From an uncultured Spirochaetales bacterium (lineage in GTDB: Bacteria; Spirochaetota; Spirochaetia; DAHUYW01), in contig CAZDMH010000022.1 in the NCBI GenBank assembly GCA_964506755.1, positions 1,253 through 65,252 of the forward strand: 64,000 nucleotides of DNA, written 5' to 3'. The position numbers were made by a program, and so were the translations under genes. Below, piece by piece: positions 9,349 to 18,564 of the stretch (position 1 is the stretch's first letter; the number at the start of each line of letters is the position of its first letter). Under the pieces are notes generated by a model, which was not told the DNA's origin, made no database searches, and worked only from the letters and a program-made list of their open reading frames with translations.

Positions 9349-10107
9349 ATGGCAGATGAAAAGGTCCGCAGAGGTGTTTCCGGTGCTCTCATAGGAGCCA
9401 TGTCGATTCAGACGATCGTGGCGATCGCCGCTGTTTTGTGGGGCATCCTGCGCCCGAGTTTCCCGGTCGGGATGCTTCCTTGGTTCGTCCTTCTCGCCGC
9501 GGCCGTTGCCGCCCTTGCCTGGTTCGTTGCCGCTGCTGCCGCGGCCGTTCCGGTCGAGCGCGGCCCACAGGTCGCCCCGATGGCTCCGGCTACGCCGCCG
9601 CCGGCCAGAGCCGCCCAGCCCCGCGGCTATTTCGACGACCTCACCGGTCTTCCGGGCCGCCCGTGGTTCGACTATACCCTGCGCGCGGAAGTAGCCCGCA
9701 GCAAGCGCTACGGCCACGCCCTATCTCAGATCGTGCTCGACGTCGACGGATTCTCGCATCTCAATGAGGCGCACGGGCGGGCCAGCGGAGACTACGTCCT
9801 CATGACGATCGCGGATGTCTTGCGCCAAACGGTGCGCGTGAGCGACCAGGTCGCACGGATAGGCGACGACGAGTTCGTTATCGTCGTTCCGGAGACGGAT
9901 ATTGTCGGAGCACAGAAGGTGGGAGAGAAGATCCGACGCGCAGTCGAGCTGTATCCTTTTGATGAGGGTCACGAGATTACCGTCAGCGTGGGAGTAACCA
10001 GCGCAATTGAGTTTGATACACCCGAAAGCTTTCTAATGAGAGGAGAAACTGCAGTCAGAACGGCCCGAGAAAGAGGCGGCAATGCTTGCACTATCGCGAA
10101 AACATAG
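9349..10107 (+). CDS. Membrane-anchored GGDEF-domain protein (GDDEF signature)
   Basis: Two N-terminal TM helices, a Pro/Ala-rich linker and a GGDEF fold (DDLTGLPGR, DVDGFSHLNEAHG, RVSD-x5-GDDEF). The track ORF begins at GTG 9334; ATG 9349 follows GGTGAGG. Confidence 0.85.
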   Translation: MADEKVRRGVSGALIGAMSIQTIVAIAAVLWGILRPSFPVGMLPWFVLLAAAVAALAWFVAAAAAAVPVERGPQVAPMAPATPPPARAAQPRGYFDDLTGLPGRPWFDYTLRAEVARSKRYGHALSQIVLDVDGFSHLNEAHGRASGDYVLMTIADVLRQTVRVSDQVARIGDDEFVIVVPETDIVGAQKVGEKIRRAVELYPFDEGHEITVSVGVTSAIEFDTPESFLMRGETAVRTARERGGNACTIAKT

Positions 10108-11242
10108 AGGACTCCTCGCAGCTTTCGTGCTTCTCGTTGCAGCACCGGCGTTCTGCTCCGCCCAGGCGGTCGTTCTGGTACTCGCACTCGGAAACCCCAA
10201 AGATGCGGCCCTTTCCAATGTGATCGTCAAAGCCGCGAGCGTCCAGCTCAATCAGGATTCGGCAGTCGTTTCCAAGGAAGCGACCGAAACGCAGGCCGCT
10301 GCAGCCCAGGGATCGTCTCCGGTCGGCGTGGGGTCTGTTTCGGCCGATTTCCTCCTCGTCGTCGATTACTCACGGGAGGGGCAGAACGTTCGGGTGGAGT
10401 TGTCGCTCCGCAACGCAGACACGGCCGCCACGGTTGCGAGCTACTCCGACCTCGTTCCATTCGATCTCGACCTCGACGTGAGGGTGTCCGACGCAGTCGG
10501 CAAGCTCATGAGCATGCCCGGTGTCCAAGGCGCGATTCACGCCGCCGCAGAGGCTCGGAAGGCGTCGATGGCAAGCGGCTCCGGGAGCGAAACGGGCACC
10601 CCCGCAGCGAGCCAAGGCGGAAGCGCGACGGCAGGCACGAACGGGGGCCAGAGCGGCGGAAGCACCGCAGGCAAGTCGCCGGCGGGCGGCCGTGGCGTCG
10701 AGACCCTGCCCGGGGCACAGGGCACAGGCACGCAGGCGTCGGCTGCGTCTGCCGAGAAGCGCTGGGCATTCGCGTTCAGCGGGGGAGGGGCCCCGCTGAT
10801 TCTCGTCGGGAATGCGAGCAACTACTTCCGGTATGGAGCGAGCGGGAGCCTGTTTGCTGGAGCCCGATTCCCGTACAGCCGCATCAACCTCGAAGCCGGC
10901 CTGACGGTAGGGGGCGCCGCCCTCTTTCCGGCAGCCGGCGTCTCGGCGGGAATGGTCTATTCCGCGATGGGAGGACCGCAGCTGAGGCTCAGTACCCCCT
11001 CGAGCCTGCCCGTCGGGATCGGGCTACTGGCGTCCGGCGGCGCAGCGGTGATCATCGCGAGACCCACAGGTGCCGGACTCGCGGCGAAGACCGATATCTA
11101 CGTTTCCGGAGCCATAACCGCCCGCCTGAGGGTCTTTCGGTCGATGGTTATCGGCACGGAGCTGGGGATATTCGTTGCCTTCGAAGAGCGCTACCCGCTC
11201 ATTGCATTCGCTCCGACGCTTACACTGGGTTTTTCTCCCTAA
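10082..11242 (+). CDS. Secreted protein with a Gly/Ser/Ala-rich linker and a C-terminal beta-barrel-like region (putative outer-membrane protein)
   Basis: 386 aa. It has a signal peptide (MLALSRKHRGLLAAFVLLVAAPAFCSAQA), an N-domain of about 110 aa and a low-complexity G/S/A/T tract. The C-terminal region of about 170 aa has alternating hydrophobic strands ending in TLTLGFSP. The ATG overlaps the GGDEF gene by 26 nt. Confidence 0.7.
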   Translation: MLALSRKHRGLLAAFVLLVAAPAFCSAQAVVLVLALGNPKDAALSNVIVKAASVQLNQDSAVVSKEATETQAAAAQGSSPVGVGSVSADFLLVVDYSREGQNVRVELSLRNADTAATVASYSDLVPFDLDLDVRVSDAVGKLMSMPGVQGAIHAAAEARKASMASGSGSETGTPAASQGGSATAGTNGGQSGGSTAGKSPAGGRGVETLPGAQGTGTQASAASAEKRWAFAFSGGGAPLILVGNASNYFRYGASGSLFAGARFPYSRINLEAGLTVGGAALFPAAGVSAGMVYSAMGGPQLRLSTPSSLPVGIGLLASGGAAVIIARPTGAGLAAKTDIYVSGAITARLRVFRSMVIGTELGIFVAFEERYPLIAFAPTLTLGFSP

Positions 11243-11368
11243 AGGGGGTATACTTTTTCCCACTGGGACGTACTGCGGCGCGGCGGGCCGTTGGGGCCGT
11301 CAGACAGGTGGTTCTGAGACACTACGTTCCGGAATAACGGGCGAATTATCCCCGAGGAGAATCATAAA

Positions 11369-12493
11369 ATGATGCGTCCCAACCGATTACGCGCGCGCGC
11401 AGTCGTGGTGGGCTTCTTAGTTGTCGGCTTCCTGGCGGCGTGCAGCCAATTCAGCCTCTACGATCAGTTCGCCCCTCTCACCACGTCCAAGGACTTCACG
11501 GGACCGACCCTCGCATTGAGCATCGGCCCCGGCAAGACCGGAACGCTCGTCGGCGGGACCCTCTACTTCACCGCTTCAGGCGGAGTCACCCCGTACACCT
11601 TCAGCGTCCTCTCAGGAGGCGCCGGCGGCACCATCAACTCCTCCGGGACCTATACCGCCCCGAATAGCTCGGGCACCGACACGGTGCAAGTCAAAGATTC
11701 TAGCGGCCAGATCGCCAACGCCAGCGTGACGGTGGTCGCGGCACCTCCCCTCAGGATCGTCCCCGCGAATCTTCAGGTCAACGTCGGAGACAACTACCCA
11801 TTCAGCGCAACGGGCGGGGTCCCTCCCTATTCCTACTCGCTCATAGGGACCGGCGGGGGCGTAACGTCGAGCGGGATGCTGACAGCGACGGGCAACGGAA
11901 GCGTGACCGTGACGGCAACGGATAGTATTGGCGAGACCAGCACGGCATCGGTGACAATTGGTGCAACGTCACTCACGTTGAGCCCCGTGAACGTGGAGAT
12001 TGCAGAAACCAAGACGCTTTTCGTTATCGCTTCGGGAGGTTCGGGGAGCTACTCTCTCAGCTTGAATCCTGGCAGTAAGGGAAATGTCACACAGATTGAT
12101 CCCACCACACACGCAGGCACGTACTCGGGAAGCGGCTTTCCGGGGAGTAATACGCTCACTCTCAGCGATGGTGTGACTCAGGTGAATGCGACCGTTACCG
12201 TCGACCCGGCCGCACCGTCGAACCTTGCGGCAACCTTGGCAGGTAGTACGGAAGTCGACTTGAGCTGGTCGAACAACACGACATCCAACAATGGGGGCAT
12301 AAACATCTATAGAGCCATCGGTAATGGCAGCTTTTCACCGATAGCGTCGGCTCTCGCCAATAACACCACGAGCTATGCGGACACAGGGTTGACCACGGGC
12401 AATGTCTACGTCTATAAGGTTGTCTCGGTCAAGACCGGCGGCGGAAGCTCATACTACGGCACCTCCAACTATGCCATTGCCGTAACCAAGTAG
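11369..12493 (+). CDS. Lipoprotein with tandem Ig-like repeats and a C-terminal FN3-like module
   Basis: 374 aa with lipobox FLAAC. It has repeated modules of about 90 aa (TYTAPNSSGTDTVQVKDSSGQIANASVTVV; LTATGNGSVTVTATDSIGETSTASVTI). The FN3-like end reads PSNLAATLAGSTEVDLSWSNN...GNVYVYKVVSV. A GAGGAG SD precedes ATG 11369. Confidence 0.8.
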   Translation: MMRPNRLRARAVVVGFLVVGFLAACSQFSLYDQFAPLTTSKDFTGPTLALSIGPGKTGTLVGGTLYFTASGGVTPYTFSVLSGGAGGTINSSGTYTAPNSSGTDTVQVKDSSGQIANASVTVVAAPPLRIVPANLQVNVGDNYPFSATGGVPPYSYSLIGTGGGVTSSGMLTATGNGSVTVTATDSIGETSTASVTIGATSLTLSPVNVEIAETKTLFVIASGGSGSYSLSLNPGSKGNVTQIDPTTHAGTYSGSGFPGSNTLTLSDGVTQVNATVTVDPAAPSNLAATLAGSTEVDLSWSNNTTSNNGGINIYRAIGNGSFSPIASALANNTTSYADTGLTTGNVYVYKVVSVKTGGGSSYYGTSNYAIAVTK

Positions 12494-12545
12494 TTCTCAC
12501 GGTTTCGGAGTATCGGGCTGTCGATTCGACGGAATTGTTGACCCG

Positions 12546-12569
12546 GCGAAGCCAACGGCTTGGCTTCGC
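12546..12569. terminator. 10-bp perfect hairpin between convergent genes (possible bidirectional terminator)
   Basis: GCGAAGCCAA-cggc-TTGGCTTCGC lies between the stops at 12493 (+) and 12589 (-). There is no flanking T/A tract, so its intrinsic-terminator status is uncertain. Confidence 0.4.
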
Positions 12570-12588
12570 GCAATCTCGGAAATCGCTA

Positions 12589-14250
12589 TCAATTAGAGCG
12601 GTAGAGCAGACCCTGGAGGGTCCCGTCGATCTCGCCGAGGTAGCTCGAGATGGGATCGGCCCTCGAGACGCTGCCGGCGCTTTGCTGTTCGAGCATTCCG
12701 GTGGGCGAGGCAAGGGGAGAGGTGCTGTTTTCCTGCAGCTTCAGGTTGAGAGAGACGATTACGTCGTTCAGGGCGGATGCCACCTGATTCAATGCCGCCT
12801 CTCTTCCCTGCCGGGCGAAGATATCAGCGTACTTCTTGAAGAACGCGTCGATCTGCGAGGAAAGAAGAGGATACGCTTTTCTCGCCTCAGGGGTCTCGAC
12901 GAGGCTTCTGATCTCGACCTTGGTCTTCAGCAGGTTGACCGTCTCGCTCGGGTCCAGTTGCGAAGCCGAGCCGCTGTCCGGAGCAACGCTTCGCTGCATA
13001 GCCTGCACGACCGTCGAGAGCTCCTCGGTCCGTTTCTGAACCGCCACCCTCGCCTCCGCGAGCTTGCGCTCCTGCTCGGCGATGAGAGTCTTCTGGCTCC
13101 CGATTTCGCCCTGCTGCTTGGCGATGAGCGCCTTATCGCTGCCAATCTGGGTGCGCTGTTCGGCGATCGTGGCTTGTTGTTGGGAGATCGTTGCCTGAAG
13201 GCCCGCCACATCACCTTTCAATCGATCGATCTGGGCAACGAGCTGCTTGATCTGCTCCTGGTTCGATGCAGTCGCCATCTCGTTCAGGCGGGCGTAGGCT
13301 CGCGAGACGCTGTCGAGCGTGTCGATCGCCTTCGTGTAGTACTCGTGCGCGTCGGTGAGGTTCCCCGCGCTGTAGCGCGCGTCCCCCTGTTGCACCAGCT
13401 GCTCGACCGCCGCCATCTTCGCGGAGAGATCGGACTTGGAGGCCGCCTGCAGGGCTGACTCCGCCGACTGGCCGTAGAGGAGCGCCGCGCGAAGAACGGC
13501 GTTGCCGGCTGCGAGCGCCGGTGCGATGGAGGCGATCTCTCCCCCTGAAGAGACCTTCTCGTTGAGAAGCTGGTCGGCGGATGCTACGCCGGCGAGGGCA
13601 CCTGAGACATTTCCGCCGGATACGTCCGATCCTATGTTCTGATAGATCGCCCGAAGCTGGCGAATGAGGAATGCCTGCTGCTGTTGCTGGGCGGCCAGAC
13701 TCGCGAGCTTGTCAGTGGTGCTCGACTGGAGCTTCGCCAGCTCGGCTTCGAGCTGTTGTTGGCGCTCCGTCGACGCGGCCGAAACTGCGCCGCCGGCGCC
13801 GGAGCCGGCAGAGCTGCGCAGATTTTCCAACTCGCGTTTGATCTCCGCGATACGGGTTTGGCTCGCACCGAGCTCGGCCGCTGCCTGCTGCTTTACCCTC
13901 TGGACGACCAAACCTTCGGTCGTAAGAAAGTTGCCGCTGCCCGATTCGGTTTGTCCGAGGCCCCTGTTTGTGAGCTGCCCGACCGCAAGTATCGCTCCCG
14001 CAAGTATCACGACTGCGATGACGTTCACGTAGAGCGGAAAAGCCGCACCTCCTCGCATTTTCTGCCGAGGCCTTGTCTCGATGGGCCGAGTCTCCCTGAA
14101 GAGACGGTCGATCTGCTCGAGGAGCTCTCGTCGTTCGTCTGAGGAAATTCCACTGTCATCGGACTCGTGCCCGTCACGGGCTGCGGATATGGGGGGGCCT
14201 CCTCCCTTTTTTTGAACAATTACCCGTGCGCGTTCGAGGAGTCCCGCCAT
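12589..14250 (-). CDS. Membrane-anchored coiled-coil protein (hypothetical)
   Basis: 553 aa with a cytoplasmic tail and one TM helix (FPLYVNVIAVVILAGAILAV). About 450 aa of Gln/Ala/Glu/Leu-rich sequence with heptad character follow. A TATAAT box lies upstream. Preferred over the antisense ORF 12535..13458. Confidence 0.75.
   Translation of the reverse strand: MAGLLERARVIVQKKGGGPPISAARDGHESDDSGISSDERRELLEQIDRLFRETRPIETRPRQKMRGGAAFPLYVNVIAVVILAGAILAVGQLTNRGLGQTESGSGNFLTTEGLVVQRVKQQAAAELGASQTRIAEIKRELENLRSSAGSGAGGAVSAASTERQQQLEAELAKLQSSTTDKLASLAAQQQQQAFLIRQLRAIYQNIGSDVSGGNVSGALAGVASADQLLNEKVSSGGEIASIAPALAAGNAVLRAALLYGQSAESALQAASKSDLSAKMAAVEQLVQQGDARYSAGNLTDAHEYYTKAIDTLDSVSRAYARLNEMATASNQEQIKQLVAQIDRLKGDVAGLQATISQQQATIAEQRTQIGSDKALIAKQQGEIGSQKTLIAEQERKLAEARVAVQKRTEELSTVVQAMQRSVAPDSGSASQLDPSETVNLLKTKVEIRSLVETPEARKAYPLLSSQIDAFFKKYADIFARQGREAALNQVASALNDVIVSLNLKLQENSTSPLASPTGMLEQQSAGSVSRADPISSYLGEIDGTLQGLLYRSN
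13072..13197 (-). repeat. Three imperfect in-frame 42-nt tandem repeats inside the coiled-coil gene
   Basis: Units are 13072..13113, 13114..13155 and 13156..13197, each beginning ctgc/ttc/tggcgat and about 65-70% identical. They encode the 14-aa units TLIAEQERKLAEAR / ALIAKQQGEIGSQK / ATIAEQRTQIGSDK. Confidence 0.8.
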
Positions 14251-14403
14251 AAATGTTAACTAATATTATACCCCGTTTGCGCCCGAATGACCAGTGAAAC
14301 GATGAACATTCCTTTCTCGCCACGCAGGCGATTTTCGACATCACAATTCCCGTATATACTTGTGGTGGTAGGATTTGGCGCCGACAATGTTCGTAGGAAA
14401 CCT

Positions 14404-16062
14404 ATGAAGATAGCTCCTCGAATAATGGGGATCTTCCTCCCCGTGTTCATCGTCCCACTCGTCTTTCTCACCTATCTCGCGGTCTCCACCTCGCGCAACG
14501 CCATTACCGGAGTGGCGACCAACTTTCTGCAGTTCAAGACCGCCGAGCTTCTGCGCTTTGCCGCAAGTGAGCGCGCATTGTTGGTCGACAACAAACTTGA
14601 AAGCTCTGCGGAGTTCCTAACTGCGGCGCAGCGCGCGGTTGCCAACTACGCCACGGGTTTGGTAGGAAATCCGCCGGAGCTTATTGTCGCTTTCAATGAC
14701 TCCGGAGCCGTGCAGTTCTCCACCGCCGATGTGAAGCTCAGCGAGAGCGAACGGCAAGACATCAAGGACATCGTCGATGCGCATCACCAGGGTTGGACCG
14801 AGCTCACGATGGACGGCATTCCGCGCGTGGCAAACGTCGCGGAGTTTCCCCCCTTCGGTTGGACGATCTTCGTTACCCAGGAGCGACAGGTGTTTTTCGC
14901 CTCCATAGACCGTATTACCTGGGAGGCCGCGCTTACCGGCGCGATCTCCGTTGCGGCCGTCATTATTCTGGTAATCATCTTCAGCAGGCTGCTCACCATG
15001 CCCTTGAGCCAGGTTGCCCGCGCGATGAGCGACATCGTGAAGACCGGCGATCTCGGGCGAAGGGTGGAGATCCGATACATGGACGAGGTCGGTGAGCTCG
15101 GTGACAGCTTCAACTCCATGACCGGCGCGCTCGAACAGGCTTACGGCGAGATCAAGAACTACGCGCTCCAGGCGGCAATCGCCCAGAAGCGAGAGATGAA
15201 GATCCGGAACGTCTTCCAGAAGTACGTTCCAAACCAAGTTATCGAGCAGTTCTTCAGGGCGCCGGAGTCCATGCTCGCCGGAGAGGAACGCACGCTCGCC
15301 GTGCTCTTTTCAGACATCCGCGGCTTCACGGAGATGTCGGAGCGGATGCAATCGAGCCAGATCGTCGAGTCTCTCAATCGCTATTTCGAGCGGATGGTCG
15401 ACGCCATCATGCGCAACCAGGGTCTCGTTGACAAGTACATCGGAGATGCGATCATGGCCTTCTTCGGTGCGCCCGCCGTGGATGAGGACAGCGCGTATCA
15501 CTCCGTCCTGGCCGGCCTCGACATGGTCGATGAGCTGGAGGGTTTCAACGACTGGCAGCGCGCTCACGAGCGGCCGGTAATGCACAACGGCATCGGCATC
15601 AACTACGGCAAAGTCACGATCGGAAACATCGGAACCGAACGAAAAATGGACTACACCGTCGTCGGCGACATGGTGAACGTGGCCTCTCGCCTCGAGGGGC
15701 TGACCAAGTTCTACGACGAGCGCGTCCTCATATCCGAGTCGATATACCGCTACATTCGCGACCGCCTTCCCTGCCGCCAGATCGACCGGGTGCAGGTCAA
15801 AGGGCGACACCGGGGCCTCGCAGTCTACGCCGTCCGGCGGGAGCTCGGTGAGACCGAAGAGAAGGCCTGGAAACTTCATGACCGCGGCCTGAGCTACTAC
15901 TACAACCGCGAGTTCGAAGAGGCCCTCCACTATTTCGAGTCCGAGGACAAGCTCGTCCCCAACGATCCGATTACGAGAATATTCCTCATGCGCTGCTCGA
16001 ATTTCCTCCAAGACGCACCGCCGGCAGAGTGGAACGGCGTTACCGCCTTCGAACAGAAATAG
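14404..16062 (+). CDS. Membrane sensor HAMP + class III adenylate (nucleotidyl) cyclase
   Basis: ATG 14404 gives MKIAPRIMGIFLPVFIVPLVFLTYLAV (TM1); the track ORF starts at 14287. An extracytoplasmic region of about 150 aa, TM2 and a HAMP domain (DEVGELGDSFNSM) follow. The cyclase motifs are VLFSDIRGFT, DKYIGDAIMAFFGAP and DYTVVGDMVNVASRLEG. Confidence 0.88.
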   Translation: MKIAPRIMGIFLPVFIVPLVFLTYLAVSTSRNAITGVATNFLQFKTAELLRFAASERALLVDNKLESSAEFLTAAQRAVANYATGLVGNPPELIVAFNDSGAVQFSTADVKLSESERQDIKDIVDAHHQGWTELTMDGIPRVANVAEFPPFGWTIFVTQERQVFFASIDRITWEAALTGAISVAAVIILVIIFSRLLTMPLSQVARAMSDIVKTGDLGRRVEIRYMDEVGELGDSFNSMTGALEQAYGEIKNYALQAAIAQKREMKIRNVFQKYVPNQVIEQFFRAPESMLAGEERTLAVLFSDIRGFTEMSERMQSSQIVESLNRYFERMVDAIMRNQGLVDKYIGDAIMAFFGAPAVDEDSAYHSVLAGLDMVDELEGFNDWQRAHERPVMHNGIGINYGKVTIGNIGTERKMDYTVVGDMVNVASRLEGLTKFYDERVLISESIYRYIRDRLPCRQIDRVQVKGRHRGLAVYAVRRELGETEEKAWKLHDRGLSYYYNREFEEALHYFESEDKLVPNDPITRIFLMRCSNFLQDAPPAEWNGVTAFEQK

Positions 16063-16105
16063 CTATGGTCCCACGCGGCCTCGGGGATAGGCCCGTTGAC
16101 GGAGC

Positions 16106-18142
16106 CTACTGGCTTCCGTTCTTCTTCGCGAAGTGCGAGAACTCCATCGCGAAGGTGCCGCGTCCCTGAGTCATGCTTCGCAGTGCGGTCGAATAACCGA
16201 ACATGTTTGCTAGGGGAGTCGTGGCATGGATGTGCTCGACGGTGGGCCGGCTCTCGAGGCTCGAGATGACGCCGCCGCGAGAGGAGAGGTGGCTGATGAC
16301 GTCGCCAATGAACTCCTTGGGGGCCATGACGTCGACCGTCATGATCGGCTCGAGGAGGATCGGGTCGGCCTTGCGGCACGCCGCGTCGAAGCCCATCGAG
16401 GCGGCCGCCTCGAAGGCGAGGGCAGAAGAGGTAGACTGGTTGTACACTGCGTCGAGCAGGGTGACTCCGATGTCGAAGGCAGGGTAGCCGTACATGCTCC
16501 CCGAGGAGAAGGCATTCTTCACCCCCCGTTCGACTGCGTCGATGAGCTCGCGCGGGAGCTTCTCCGAGTTGACCTTCGACTCGAAGCGCTGACCCGTCCC
16601 CCGCTCGAGCGGCTCGATTTTGAGGGTAAGCTCGGCGGTGTTCTCCTTTCCGGCGAGCACACGATGGTACTTCTCGGTGTGGGTCACCGTCTTGGAAACC
16701 GACTCGCGGTAGGTGACCTGCGGCTTTCCGATATTCGCTTCGACCTTGTAGTCCCTCAAGAGGCGGGTAACGAGAACGTCGAGATGCAGCTCGCCCATTC
16801 CGGAAATCACGAGCTGGCCAGTCTCCTCGTCTTCCCGATAGAAGAAGGTCGGATCCTCCTGAGTCAGCAGCTCGAGGCTCGACTTGAGCTTGTCGCGATC
16901 CGAGAGGGTCTTCGGTTCAATGGCGACCGAGATGACCGGCTCGGGAAAGGTCATACGCTCGAGAAGGACCTGGTGCCCTTCGCTGCCGATCGTATCGCCG
17001 GTCTGGGCGATCTTGAATCCGATAACGACGGCGATGTCCCCGGCCGAGATACTGTCCATGACCTCGTAGCGATTGGAGTGCATGCGCAGAATTCGGTTGA
17101 TCCGTTCGCGCTTCTTTTTGCTGATGTTATAGACTGCGAGTCCCTTCTTGAAGCTCCCCGAGTAGACTCGGACGAAGCACATCGGTCCCGCTTCGCGATC
17201 GTTCTGGATCTTGAACACCAGTGCGAGCGGGTCGCCGTCCGGTGAGCGCTCGACCTCCGTCGGCTCCTCGTTCTTCGCCAGATGGCCGGGAATGGGAGGA
17301 AGCTCCTCGGGTGCAGGCAGGTAATCGACGACGCCGTCGAGCAGAAGCTGCACCCCCATATTGCGAAGTGAAGCGCCGCAGAAGACCGGCAGCAGAGTGC
17401 GGGCGATCGCCTCCTCGCGGATCGCTTTCTTGAGCAGCTCAACGGGAATTTCCTTGCCCTCGAGAAAGAGGTGGGTTATCTCGTCGGATCTCGCCGATAT
17501 CTGGTCGATCAGCTTCTCGCGCCACTCGCGCGCTATGTCCGCATATTTCTCCTGGATCGGCGCGCGCACCATCTCCGTTCCGAAGGAGGTGGCGTCCCAA
17601 TGGATCTCGTCCATCGCTACGAGATCGATAATTCCGTTGAACTCCGACTCCCGCCCGAGGGGAAGCTGCACGACGAGCGGCGTAGAGGCGAGCTTCGTGT
17701 CGATCTCCTTCACGACCTCGAAGAAGTCCGCACCGATGCGGTCCATCTTGTTGATGTAGGCGATTCTCGGAACACCGTAACGGTCGGCCTGGTGCCAGAC
17801 CGTCTCCGACTGGGGCTCGACGCCGCCGACTGCGCAGAAGATGCCGATCGCGCCGTCGAGGACGCGAAGCGAACGCTCCACCTCTGCGGTGAAATCGACG
17901 TGACCCGGGGTGTCGATGATGTTGATCTGCGTGTCCTTCCAGAAGCAGCTCGTGGCGGCTGAGGTAATCGTGATTCCACGGTCCTGCTCCTGCTCCATCC
18001 AGTCCATGGTCGCTTCGCCGTCGTCGACCTCCCCGAGACGATGAGACTTGCCGGTGTAGAAGAGTATTCGCTCAGTTGTAGTTGTCTTCCCGGCATCGAT
18101 GTGTGCCATGATACCGATGTTGCGCATTCGAGGGCCTGTCAT
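16106..18142 (-). CDS. fusA: Elongation factor G (canonical GTPase motifs)
   Basis: 678 aa with G1 [10 protein letters not shown]2 RGITITS, G3 DTPGHVDF and G4 NKMD, and EF-G domains II-V present. Confidence 0.95.
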   Translation of the reverse strand: MTGPRMRNIGIMAHIDAGKTTTTERILFYTGKSHRLGEVDDGEATMDWMEQEQDRGITITSAATSCFWKDTQINIIDTPGHVDFTAEVERSLRVLDGAIGIFCAVGGVEPQSETVWHQADRYGVPRIAYINKMDRIGADFFEVVKEIDTKLASTPLVVQLPLGRESEFNGIIDLVAMDEIHWDATSFGTEMVRAPIQEKYADIAREWREKLIDQISARSDEITHLFLEGKEIPVELLKKAIREEAIARTLLPVFCGASLRNMGVQLLLDGVVDYLPAPEELPPIPGHLAKNEEPTEVERSPDGDPLALVFKIQNDREAGPMCFVRVYSGSFKKGLAVYNISKKKRERINRILRMHSNRYEVMDSISAGDIAVVIGFKIAQTGDTIGSEGHQVLLERMTFPEPVISVAIEPKTLSDRDKLKSSLELLTQEDPTFFYREDEETGQLVISGMGELHLDVLVTRLLRDYKVEANIGKPQVTYRESVSKTVTHTEKYHRVLAGKENTAELTLKIEPLERGTGQRFESKVNSEKLPRELIDAVERGVKNAFSSGSMYGYPAFDIGVTLLDAVYNQSTSSALAFEAAASMGFDAACRKADPILLEPIMTVDVMAPKEFIGDVISHLSSRGGVISSLESRPTVEHIHATTPLANMFGYSTALRSMTQGRGTFAMEFSHFAKKNGSQ

Positions 18143-18272
18143 TGTTTACTCCAGAGGTAGCTCGACCCTTAATATAGCAATTTTTGCCCGTAGCAGTAAA
18201 TGGCGCGTGAAAAGCGCGGTTGCTTGGATTGCACACCGGTCGCCGCCCCCGGCTCGCGGTATGGGCCTCGGA

Positions 18273-18301
18273 TTGACAGGCGATGAGGGGCATGCTATCG
18301 T
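18273..18301 (+). promoter_or_regulatory. Sigma70-type promoter for tRNA-Val
   Basis: TTGACA (18273..18278), 17 nt, TATCGT (18296..18301), located 16 nt before the tRNA 5' end. Confidence 0.6.
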
Positions 18302-18317
18302 GCCAGCCAAAACTCAG

Positions 18318-18391
<74 letters not shown>

Positions 18392-18535
18392 TTCTTCGAA
18401 TTTCACCAATAGACAGCTGCGAGAAAATCGCACAGCGCGGGTCGGTTGACTACGGTCGGAGATGGAAGCACGCGCTGCGTGCAGCTCAAGCTCGTGAGGC
18501 AGGGGCTGCGCCGTTTTCTTCCCGCGCTTTTCCGC

Positions 18536-18564
18536 TTGACTGCGCCGCGGGGCCCGTCTAAGCT
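18536..18564 (+). promoter_or_regulatory. Candidate promoter for the 18637 membrane-protein gene
   Basis: TTGACT (18536..18541), 17 nt, TAAGCT (18559..18564). Confidence 0.45.

Noticed and set aside
12535-13458. 307-aa plus-strand ORF opposite the coiled-coil gene
   Set aside because: Its repeats (LLGDxxL...) mirror the minus-strand 14-aa repeats. The minus-strand ORF is longer, has a TM anchor and heptad character, and has a TATAAT box upstream.
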